NCBI GenBank assembly: GCA_005191425.1
Contig: SUPR01000113.1
Coordinates: 1-9,862 of the forward strand
Direction of reading: 5' to 3'
DNA length: 9,862 nt
From: Candidatus Helarchaeota ASGARD archaeon Hel_GB_B
GTDB lineage: Archaea > Asgardarchaeota > Lokiarchaeia > Helarchaeales > HEL-GB-B
Positions 1 to 7,258 of the stretch are shown piece after piece. A model generated the notes under the pieces. That model did no database searches, had not been told where the DNA came from, and saw nothing but the letters and a program-made list of their open reading frames with translations. How positions within the stretch are numbered: position 1 is the first letter of the stretch; every line of letters starts with the position of its first letter. The position numbers were made by a program, and so were the translations under genes.

Positions 1-59
1 GACGAGAAACACCTGATATATAAAAATTAAAAGAAAATCAATTACTAAATTTTTAGAAA

Positions 60-503
60 ATGTCAGAATTTAATGATTTAATAAAAATTGAAGCAAATGT
101 CCTTAAAAAAATAAACAATCATGCTCTGAAAGGTTATAATGAAAACAAATCAGAAGTAATTGGATATTTAATAGGAATATTTAAAGAAAATTCAATTGAA
201 ATTAAAGATATTATTATCCCTGACCAAATAGCATCAAGTTATCACGCAGAAATTACTGATGAACGAGCACTAATAAATTATATAGAAAATAATAAATCAA
301 ATTATGTCCATGTTGGATGGTATCATTCGCATCCAAATATAGGATGTTTCTTATCAAACATAGATATCCCAACTCAAAAATATTGGCAACATATAAATAA
401 TAGGATGATTGCACTGGTGATAGACCCAATTAATAATGAATTAAAAGTATTTAGGTTAAACAATAAAGACCAGACCTATGAATTACCTATTAAAAAAATA
501 TAG
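60..503 (+). CDS. JAMM/MPN+ metalloisopeptidase (Rpn11/CSN5-like deubiquitinase), stand-alone MPN domain
   Basis: Complete JAMM motif: E32 (SEVIGYLIG), then H89-S-H91-x7-S99-x2-D102 (GWYHSHPNIGCFLSNID), followed by TQ...Q...ALVIDP. This closely resembles the Rpn11/CSN5 segment GWYHSHP.FGCWLS.VD..TQ...AVV.DP as I recall it. Confidence 0.93.
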   Translation: MSEFNDLIKIEANVLKKINNHALKGYNENKSEVIGYLIGIFKENSIEIKDIIIPDQIASSYHAEITDERALINYIENNKSNYVHVGWYHSHPNIGCFLSNIDIPTQKYWQHINNRMIALVIDPINNELKVFRLNNKDQTYELPIKKI

Positions 504-518
504 GTTCATCAATAAAAA

Positions 519-908
519 TTAGGGAATTGGTATTAATTTATACTTATTAAAACGGTAAAATGTATCATCAGTAAATTGATAAATCATTTTTGTTTTTTTA
601 CAATGCGCATAATGTGTCGTATCAATATGTTCACAATATTCTTTATTTACCCATTTATTTAATATTTTCTTGACCTTAGAATGATAGATTCTAAATTTGT
701 TTTTATTTTCTATTTTTAATTCTTTCATTACTACCTTTGTTATTAATGAAGAAGGAAACACATGAGAATTATATTTATCATTGATGGATAAAACATATTT
801 TTCAATAACATGTTCAATAGCTAACATCTCTTTTATTTCTGGATCCATTAAATCTTTTTTCTCTATATCGTCCTCTTTCTCCTTAGATAATATTTCTTTT
901 TTTTCCAT
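519..908 (-). CDS. Hypothetical protein, possible winged-helix fold
   Basis: 129-aa ORF with an SD-like GGTGG 5 nt before the ATG. It has a charged N-terminal tail, then a helix-helix-helix plus beta-hairpin-like pattern (PSSLITKVVMKEL...YHSKVKKILNKWVNKEYCEH...KTKMIYQF). The fold call is pattern-based only. Confidence 0.7.
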   Translation of the reverse strand: MEKKEILSKEKEDDIEKKDLMDPEIKEMLAIEHVIEKYVLSINDKYNSHVFPSSLITKVVMKELKIENKNKFRIYHSKVKKILNKWVNKEYCEHIDTTHYAHCKKTKMIYQFTDDTFYRFNKYKLIPIP

Positions 909-912
909 ATGA

Positions 913-917
913 CCACC
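913..917 (-). promoter_or_regulatory. Shine-Dalgarno-like site (GGTGG) for the 519..908 gene
   Basis: Minus strand reads GGTGGTCAT-ATG. It is a G-rich island in otherwise very AT-rich DNA. Confidence 0.5.
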
Positions 918-963
918 AATACTTTAATTATTTTTTAGTTCTATAAATACTTTAACATTTATA

Positions 964-971
964 CTTATAAA
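964..971 (-). promoter_or_regulatory. Candidate archaeal TATA box (TTTATAAG) for the 519..908 gene
   Basis: TTTATAAG on the minus strand about 55 nt upstream of the ATG. The identical octamer lies upstream of the divergent E2 gene. The AT-rich background limits significance. Confidence 0.3.
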
Positions 972-1322
972 AAGTTTAAAAAATATCTAAAATTTTTTAA
1001 ACTTTTTTTCGGTTAAATATTCATTATTTAAGAGAGATAAATATTTAAACTAATGGATTTTGAAAATAGATAATTATTCCTATTTTATATATAAATTTTT
1101 AGTCTATTTATTTCTGGACATTTTAAAATTGTTTAAATTCTGATTTTCTTTACTTATATTTCATTTTTATTTGTCATACCTTAATATGAGATTAGACATT
1201 ATTTGGTATCTAATATTAAATTTTATACTTGGAATATTAAATAATTTAAAAAAAATTAAAATATGAAAAAGAATATTCATATTTTAATTATTATTGATAA
1301 TATCATAAATTAAAATCTTTAA

Positions 1323-1330
1323 TTTATAAG
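1323..1330 (+). promoter_or_regulatory. Candidate archaeal TATA box (TTTATAAG) for the E2 gene
   Basis: TTTATAAG about 65 nt upstream of the ATG at 1396. It fits the archaeal TTTAWA consensus, but the background is AT-rich. Confidence 0.3.
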
Positions 1331-1382
1331 GTATACTCTCTAATTAATTAGATAGTTTAAGACCTTTTTTAATGACAATAAT

Positions 1383-1389
1383 GGAGTGA
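1383..1389 (+). promoter_or_regulatory. Shine-Dalgarno-like site (GGAGTGA) for the E2 gene
   Basis: GGAGTGA 6 nt before the ATG at 1396. Its TGA is in frame with the E2 ORF, so the ORF cannot extend upstream. Confidence 0.55.
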
Positions 1390-1395
1390 TTTTTC

Positions 1396-1905
1396 ATGCG
1401 TGAAGAAGTCGATTATTTAGAAGCAAGTAAAAAATATGCCAATGATAAATATGTTATTCTTGAACCTTGGGTAGATAGAGTAGACCACTTAAGATTAACA
1501 ATAATCGGAAAAGAGGGAACTCCCTATGAAGGAGGTAAATTTGTTTTTGAAATTAAATGCGGATCTAATTACCCTTATGCACCACCATATGTCTTTTGTC
1601 AGACTTTAATTTGGCATCCGAATATAGATTCATCGTTACCACCCACAAAATCGAATATTTGTCTTGATTTAATAAACCCAGATTTAGTAGGTAAGGTCGA
1701 CGCGAAAACAGGTGCATCAGGATGGACGCCTGCTAAGACCCTAACAAATATTATCGAATCATTGAAAGGTATGATCCACATGGAACCCCCGTTCTGGAAC
1801 CCATCAGACCCACTAAATAATAAGGCAGGAGAACAAGCATTAAACAATCTAAAAGCATTTGCTAAAGAAGCCAAAAAGTGGACTGAAAAATATGCCAAAC
1901 GATAA
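1396..1905 (+). CDS. Ubiquitin-conjugating enzyme E2 (UBC family)
   Basis: Canonical UBC motifs: TIIG.EGTPYEGGKF, YPYAPP, WHPNI (H74-P75-N76), ICLD with catalytic C89 (nt 1660-1662), W110-TPA, NP.DPLN and a C-terminal AKEAKKWTEKYA helix. Confidence 0.96.
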   Translation: MREEVDYLEASKKYANDKYVILEPWVDRVDHLRLTIIGKEGTPYEGGKFVFEIKCGSNYPYAPPYVFCQTLIWHPNIDSSLPPTKSNICLDLINPDLVGKVDAKTGASGWTPAKTLTNIIESLKGMIHMEPPFWNPSDPLNNKAGEQALNNLKAFAKEAKKWTEKYAKR

Positions 1906-1940
1906 TTTTACATTAGCATTTTCAAATTATCTCATTTAAT

Positions 1941-2029
1941 TTTTAATTTTAAAATACACAAACCGATAGATTCAAAATTCTAAATAAAAAGATTAAAATT
2001 ACTTTTATTTTTTTAAATTTAAAATACAC
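1941..2029. repeat. Imperfect 19-bp direct repeat TTTTAA(T/A)TTTAAAATACAC, copies at 1941-1959 and 2011-2029
   Basis: Read directly: 18/19 identity with starts 70 bp apart. The second copy begins with the perfect palindrome TTTTAAATTTAAAA. Confidence 0.5.
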
Positions 2030-2086
2030 TCCAAATACTAAATTAAAAAATTAAATTTAATCTATCAAAAGAGATGAAGAAAAACA

Positions 2087-3127
2087 ATGAATTCATTTGA
2101 TAGAGTATTAGACGCATTAAAATTTAAGGAAGTTGATAGAGTACCAGTAATACCACAACTAACTTATGCTTCAGCGTTATGGATAAATAAGACAATAAGA
2201 GAATGTATTAATGACCCTGAGAAGCAGTATAAGGCATTAGTATTTGCGTATAAAGAGTGTGGATATGATGCGATTTATGCCGGATGGGAAGGTTCATTTA
2301 ATCTTTTAGCAAATGGAATGGGAGCAGAATTAAAATACCAGGATGAAAATCCACCTTCGGTACAAGAGATTCCAGTTTCAAACCTTGAGAAACTTGATGA
2401 ATTTACCAATAAAAATATCAAGGGAGGAGACATTAATTTTGTCAATTTTAAAGGGATTGACACCAATCTCAAATTGATTAAAAAGTTAAAAGACAATCTT
2501 AATGATGTGCCAATAATGAGCTATGTACCTGGGCCTTTTACATATGTTGGCGTGATAAATGGCTTAACAAATTTGATGATAAGCATTATTAGAAGACCAG
2601 AATTAATTAAAAATGCAATGGAATTGATTTATGATTTTGTATTACGGTTTAGTATTTTAAAGGTAGAAGCAGGGGCGGACTTTATAACGATTGCAGACCC
2701 GTCCAGTAGTTCAAGTATAATTTCGCCAAAAAATTTTCAAGAATTAGGATATCCATTTTTAAAAAGAATGATAAGCGATTTACGAGCAGAAAATAAAAAT
2801 TTGAAGGTGGGAATCCATATTTGTGGAAATACCAAACCAATTCAGAATCTTATTGAATCATTAAATCCAGATTATTTCGAGGTCGATAGTCTTGTACCAT
2901 TGGATGAATCTCGAAAAATTATGGGAAAAACTTGCTTAATTGGTAATATTCCACCTTCAGATTTAAATCAAAAAACAAAATCAGAAATACGGAAATTATC
3001 AGACCAGTGCTTAAATATTCTTGATGATAATGGATTTATTTTAAGTTCTGGATGTGAAATTGTATACGGAACTCCTATCGAAAATATAAAAGAAATGGTA
3101 ATTTCTTCTTTAAACCATAAAATCTGA
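2087..3127 (+). CDS. MtaA/CmuA-family methylcobamide methyltransferase (MT2; uroporphyrinogen decarboxylase superfamily)
   Basis: N-terminal RVLDALKFKEVDRVPV, ITIADP, Zn-binding H244-I-C246 (IHICG) and C323 (LSSGCEI), plus LIGNIPP and TPIENI. It lacks the RQAGR motif of true HemE/UroD. Confidence 0.8.
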   Translation: MNSFDRVLDALKFKEVDRVPVIPQLTYASALWINKTIRECINDPEKQYKALVFAYKECGYDAIYAGWEGSFNLLANGMGAELKYQDENPPSVQEIPVSNLEKLDEFTNKNIKGGDINFVNFKGIDTNLKLIKKLKDNLNDVPIMSYVPGPFTYVGVINGLTNLMISIIRRPELIKNAMELIYDFVLRFSILKVEAGADFITIADPSSSSSIISPKNFQELGYPFLKRMISDLRAENKNLKVGIHICGNTKPIQNLIESLNPDYFEVDSLVPLDESRKIMGKTCLIGNIPPSDLNQKTKSEIRKLSDQCLNILDDNGFILSSGCEIVYGTPIENIKEMVISSLNHKI

Positions 3128-3353
3128 TTTTTAAATATTGAAATATTTTAAAATAATCATTAATTATTAAATCAAAATTTTTTCTCTAATTATTTAGTTT
3201 CAAGAAATATGATTTAAATCATCTAAAAGGATTTATAATGAAAAACAGATTAAAATTCTAAATTCGAGAATTTAATTTATAATTAAAAAAGAGCATGTCC
3301 ACCAAAGATATAATAAAAAAAAGTCTAAAAAATTAAGTTAATTAATAAGGTAA

Positions 3354-4568
3354 TTACCAAACATTTATTTTTCTATGGAGGAATAAATCAGTTAATTTAG
3401 TTATATTAGTTAATTTTTCTTGGACAATATTTTCTGCCTCATGTACAATATTATTCCATGAACTGTCATTTTCAGGTAATATACAGACTGAAGCTATTAA
3501 TGGTTCACTAATAGGTTTACCAATTTGACTAAGAATTCTGATTTCGACTTCTTTTATTCCAGCAACATTATCTGCAATGTCATTTGCACAGATCCCAGCA
3601 AGGACATTATATATTTTCCCTACATGAGAGACTGGGTTTTTACCCGCACTTGCTTCGAGAGACATGGGACGATTTGGTGTTATTAATCCATTTGTTCTAT
3701 TGCCGCGCCCTACCTGCCCATCATCGCCAGATTCTGCTGAAGTCCCCGTCACAGTTATATATATAGACCCTTTTTTTATAATATCGGCTTGATTAACATC
3801 TACATCTACATTATAACTCGGGTCTATTATTTTTGGTATTTGGTTTAAAATTTCTTCAATAATATCGTTTTTTATTGAAACATATGCATCAATATCATCA
3901 ATAAATCTATCAATCATTGCTGTAGCAATTGTTAGTTTGATGTTTTTGTTTTGTCTAAAGCCCATAACTTTAATATCTTCTCCAATCGCGGGGATCCTTT
4001 TAATTGCCTCTTTTTGGAGAAATTGTTCAATTCCCATAACTAATTTTTCGGTATTAGAAAATGGCGCATGATTTACCCCAAATGAAGTATCATTTGCAAG
4101 AGGAATCTCTTTTCTATAATCAAAAAGGCCAACAAGATCAGTGCTTCCAGGTTTAATTTTTGAATCAATGATTATATCAGTCTTCAAATTTAAATATCTA
4201 AAAGTTTCTTCCAAGCTTTCAGTTATTGCTTCTCGAGCTAACCGCTGTATAGGTACTTTCTCAATTTTATTACCTTTTATTACATCACATGCAGCCCTTC
4301 CAATTAATGCAAAGTAAATCGGTTCAACAACTATTCCACCACCGAATTTTGGTTCAGAACGACCACCTACTAGAGCTGCTTTATCGACATTATGGTGTAA
4401 TATTGTATCATATTTATCAAGATACCATAAACTTAATTTTCGACTTAGATTTTCAGCAGCATTATCACACATACTATCAGGATGCCCCGCACCTTTACGT
4501 TCTACCATTTCAATTTCTTGATCTTCAATATATGTTCCGATAAGTTTTTCTACTTTAATATTAGCCAT
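3354..4568 (-). CDS. mat: Archaeal-type S-adenosylmethionine synthetase (methionine adenosyltransferase)
   Basis: Diagnostic archaeal MAT motifs: [78 protein letters not shown] and LSQIGKPI. The 404-aa length is typical. Confidence 0.97.
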   Translation of the reverse strand: MANIKVEKLIGTYIEDQEIEMVERKGAGHPDSMCDNAAENLSRKLSLWYLDKYDTILHHNVDKAALVGGRSEPKFGGGIVVEPIYFALIGRAACDVIKGNKIEKVPIQRLAREAITESLEETFRYLNLKTDIIIDSKIKPGSTDLVGLFDYRKEIPLANDTSFGVNHAPFSNTEKLVMGIEQFLQKEAIKRIPAIGEDIKVMGFRQNKNIKLTIATAMIDRFIDDIDAYVSIKNDIIEEILNQIPKIIDPSYNVDVDVNQADIIKKGSIYITVTGTSAESGDDGQVGRGNRTNGLITPNRPMSLEASAGKNPVSHVGKIYNVLAGICANDIADNVAGIKEVEIRILSQIGKPISEPLIASVCILPENDSSWNNIVHEAENIVQEKLTNITKLTDLFLHRKINVW

Positions 4569-5099
4569 TCGTGCTCACTTCTTTGTGATTTGAAAATTAT
4601 CGTTATAAAAATTGTGAATTTATTGTTTAAATTTTTTTGTCTTATTAATTAATGTTAAAATTTTGTTTTTAAAAGAAATTTTCCGGATATTTTTTTTAAA
4701 ATAGTTTGTTTAAAATGATTTAGTAAGAAAATCGATTATTTATTAAAAATATTGTAAATTCTTAAGTGAAAATAATTTAAATTAAAATATTTTTAATTAT
4801 TTAAAAAATCAATATTTATTTAAGAACAGATAATTTTTAATTTTAATGGCGTTAAATTTAATATTAATATCCATCAATGGCATAAACTTTTTAAAAATAA
4901 GAGAAAAAAACAAATTATTACCAAAAAAATATATTAGAATTATTTTCCATTGATATTGTTATTTTGTTTTTAATAGAATCGATTAATTTTCAAGAAATTT
5001 AAATTATATGAGAATTTAGACGATTTTAGAACATTTTAAAAAATAATAAAATAGTAAATAAAAATAAGGTTATGACAAAATAAAATTATATTTTTTGAG

Positions 5100-7244
5100 T
5101 TAGCTACCAATCATAGATGCTAATCTTTCCATACCTTTTGCTTTTTCTTCAAGTTCTTTAGCACGCTCAGTTTCTCCTAATTCTTGACTCAGTTTAGCTG
5201 CATCGGCAAATGATTGTGCTGCAATTGCATAATTGCCTTTAGCCATTGCATTTTCTCCTCTTTTTACTAAGTCTTTTCTAAATCGTACCATCTTAAACCT
5301 AGGTAATGCTTTAAAAGTCAATAAACTTTGGACAGCTGTCCGAACTGAATCTACAAAATCGCGGTCTCGATTATATTGAGCATTAATTATTTCTTTAGAA
5401 AATTCGAACCTTTTTACATTATAGCTAATTTTAATTAAATTTTGTATGATTTCCTCTAGATTTAAGTCGATACCATCAATATCCTTTTTTGATTCAGCCA
5501 TTTGTTCTAATGCTTTTTCACCAAGTGCACCAGCAGCCTTAGAAATTGGTAAAGTTGATATTACTAATTTTTTACCTTGAATACCATAATCCCCAATTAA
5601 ATTAATAATAGCTTGACGCACAATGCTATCAAAAGTTATTTGTTGTCTGAATTGAACAGCTTTAATTCTTTCAGTAAACTCTTTTCTTTTTACATTATAA
5701 GAAACATCAACAAGAGAAGATATAGTAAAACCAAGTGAATCTAATTCTGCTCTAGAATCTCGGAAATGTTCAATAACTTCATCACCAGGTAATTTAGCCG
5801 AATCAGCTATTGGGCCTAGTCGGTCAAACACTCTTCTGGTACTTTCGTCATAATCAAGTATTAATTGAGTTATTGCCATTCGGACTAATTGATCAAATTT
5901 GTCATGAGATTCTTTAATAGCATTTTCAGCATTGATTGCAAATTCTGTTTTTTTAATGGAATAAGATGTATCTATCAAAGTTGCCATTACAGATTTATAA
6001 AGTTCATCAATAGCTTCTAATTCACTTTTTCCCTCTTCAAATTGTTCTCGAGTCGATTCTCCAGGTAATACTGCAGATTTTGCGGCACTGTCCAATCGTC
6101 TAAACAGCTGACCTACCTTAAAAGAATATTCCTCTTCTAAATTCTTTACTATAGACCTAACAGTTTCGTCAAAAATATTTTTTGCTATTTGACTGAATTC
6201 AGAAAATCTATCTTCATATCTCTTGATATAGTCAAGTTTTTCTTTATAATTAAGTTTATTATAAAAATCAATTATGCCATCAAATCGTTCTTGTTGTTTT
6301 ATGATCCAATTTTTAGCTTCTCGAACAGTATCAATGATTTCTTTCGATTTATCAAGTGGATAAAGTCTAACTTTTGAAGCTTCTCTCACAACCTTTGCTT
6401 CTTTCAATTGTTTAAGGATCATTTTAATTGAAGGTTGAAGAGAAACGATCATACCACAACGGACATTGTCTATTTTAGCTCTTGGTTCTCTTGAAATAAT
6501 ATCATCTAATACTGACCTTACTTCCTTGAATTTTCTTGTTGCATAATCGGGATTTCCTCGCGTAATTGAAGCCAGACCAGTTGAGTAATTTGAAACTGCA
6601 TTTGCCAGCGCCTTTTTTATTTTAAACCGAGTATAACCGGCTTCTACAGCTTCATTGGCTATATCTGCAGCTTTATTAAAATTTCGAGCTGCTTGGTCAT
6701 ATAATTTGGTTGCTTCAGTATTCTTGGTCGCGCGCCTTGCTTGAATAGTATGGAATGTTCCTAGATGTAGCAATGCTTTAAAATTATTAGTATAATAAAT
6801 ATCTCTAGAATTTGCACCTTCCTCTAATGTCATAGGAAGGGGTAAACAATAATTTTTAGCTAATATTGCAATTTTATTGAATTTTTGCACTAATTCCAGC
6901 ATCTTTCGCGCACTTATACCATATTTTTCAATTGGAGTCGCTACAATAGCATGTTTTTCTATTTCTACTTCTTCCGGCTCTAATTCTTTCATCATTTCAA
7001 TTAGTTTAGATTCTCTTTCCTGTAATGTCGCTAAACGCTGGTTTTGGTCTTCAATAAAATCAATACTTGGTACTTTACCAAAAACATCTGTTGCAATTTT
7101 CTCTAGAAATCTTTGTGATTCTGTAAATGTATTTTCAGTCCCACATTGTAGACACCTCAATGTCACTCCTTCAATTAATTCCGGGATCTCATTTAAACAT
7201 CTTGTACATGGTAACCGTAGCCAAGTTGGTTTCCTTGCCGTCAT
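5100..7244 (-). CDS. Large uncharacterised alpha-helical protein: N-terminal Zn ribbon, TPR/SNAP-like helices, three ~92-aa tandem repeats, C-terminal TPR-like unit
   Basis: 714-aa ORF with a GAGGAG SD and CxxC-x14-CxxC at aa 13-34. It contains TPR-like segments LYDQAARNFNKAA and GNYAIAAQSFADAAKL. An internal repeat can be aligned by eye. Confidence 0.9.
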   Translation of the reverse strand: MTARKPTWLRLPCTRCLNEIPELIEGVTLRCLQCGTENTFTESQRFLEKIATDVFGKVPSIDFIEDQNQRLATLQERESKLIEMMKELEPEEVEIEKHAIVATPIEKYGISARKMLELVQKFNKIAILAKNYCLPLPMTLEEGANSRDIYYTNNFKALLHLGTFHTIQARRATKNTEATKLYDQAARNFNKAADIANEAVEAGYTRFKIKKALANAVSNYSTGLASITRGNPDYATRKFKEVRSVLDDIISREPRAKIDNVRCGMIVSLQPSIKMILKQLKEAKVVREASKVRLYPLDKSKEIIDTVREAKNWIIKQQERFDGIIDFYNKLNYKEKLDYIKRYEDRFSEFSQIAKNIFDETVRSIVKNLEEEYSFKVGQLFRRLDSAAKSAVLPGESTREQFEEGKSELEAIDELYKSVMATLIDTSYSIKKTEFAINAENAIKESHDKFDQLVRMAITQLILDYDESTRRVFDRLGPIADSAKLPGDEVIEHFRDSRAELDSLGFTISSLVDVSYNVKRKEFTERIKAVQFRQQITFDSIVRQAIINLIGDYGIQGKKLVISTLPISKAAGALGEKALEQMAESKKDIDGIDLNLEEIIQNLIKISYNVKRFEFSKEIINAQYNRDRDFVDSVRTAVQSLLTFKALPRFKMVRFRKDLVKRGENAMAKGNYAIAAQSFADAAKLSQELGETERAKELEEKAKGMERLASMIGS
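5313..6173 (-). repeat. Protein-level tandem repeat (92/88/92 aa plus the start of a fourth unit) in the 714-aa ORF
   Basis: Units begin at F358, F450, F538 and F630: FDETVRSIVKNLEEEY / FDQLVRMAITQLILDY / FDSIVRQAIINLIGDY / FVDSVRTAVQSLL. Each unit has a (P/L)G turn and the motif SY(S/N)(I/V)K(K/R)xEF. Confidence 0.85.
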
Positions 7245-7252
7245 TTTTTATT

Positions 7253-7258
7253 CTCCTC
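7253..7258 (-). promoter_or_regulatory. Shine-Dalgarno site (GAGGAG) for the 714-aa gene
   Basis: Minus strand reads AGAGGAGAATAAAAA-ATG, with 8-nt spacing to the ATG at 7244. Confidence 0.65.

Noticed and set aside
1-59. Possible 3' end of an upstream gene co-transcribed with the JAMM gene
   Set aside because: Short open frames end at about nt 23-30, but there is too little sequence to support any call.
909-1395. Possible small ubiquitin or RING gene between the hypothetical gene and the E2
   Set aside because: The region is extremely AT-rich and stop-dense, the ORF track shows nothing here, and I saw no GG-terminated or Cys/His-rich frame.
1599-1898. 99-aa minus-strand ORF
   Set aside because: Antisense shadow wholly inside the well-supported E2 gene, with no recognisable motif.
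2275-2496. 73-aa minus-strand ORF
   Set aside because: Antisense shadow inside the MT2 methyltransferase.
2087-3127. Annotation as uroporphyrinogen decarboxylase (hemE)
   Set aside because: It lacks the RQAGR substrate-binding motif and has the H-x-C...C Zn ligands of MT2 methyltransferases.
3584-3766. 60-aa plus-strand ORF
   Set aside because: Antisense to the most conserved part of mat, with implausible composition.
4289-4543. 84-aa plus-strand ORF
   Set aside because: Antisense shadow of mat. Its His/Gln/Tyr bias reflects reverse-complement codons.
4569-5099. 530-bp intergenic gap with two AATCGATT palindromes and an AATGGC near-repeat
   Set aside because: No credible ORF, RNA structure or regular spacing. 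Such short motifs are expected by chance at this AT content.
6189-6377. 62-aa plus-strand ORF
   Set aside because: Antisense to the 714-aa gene. The Phe/Ile richness mirrors Lys/Glu/Asn codons on the coding strand.
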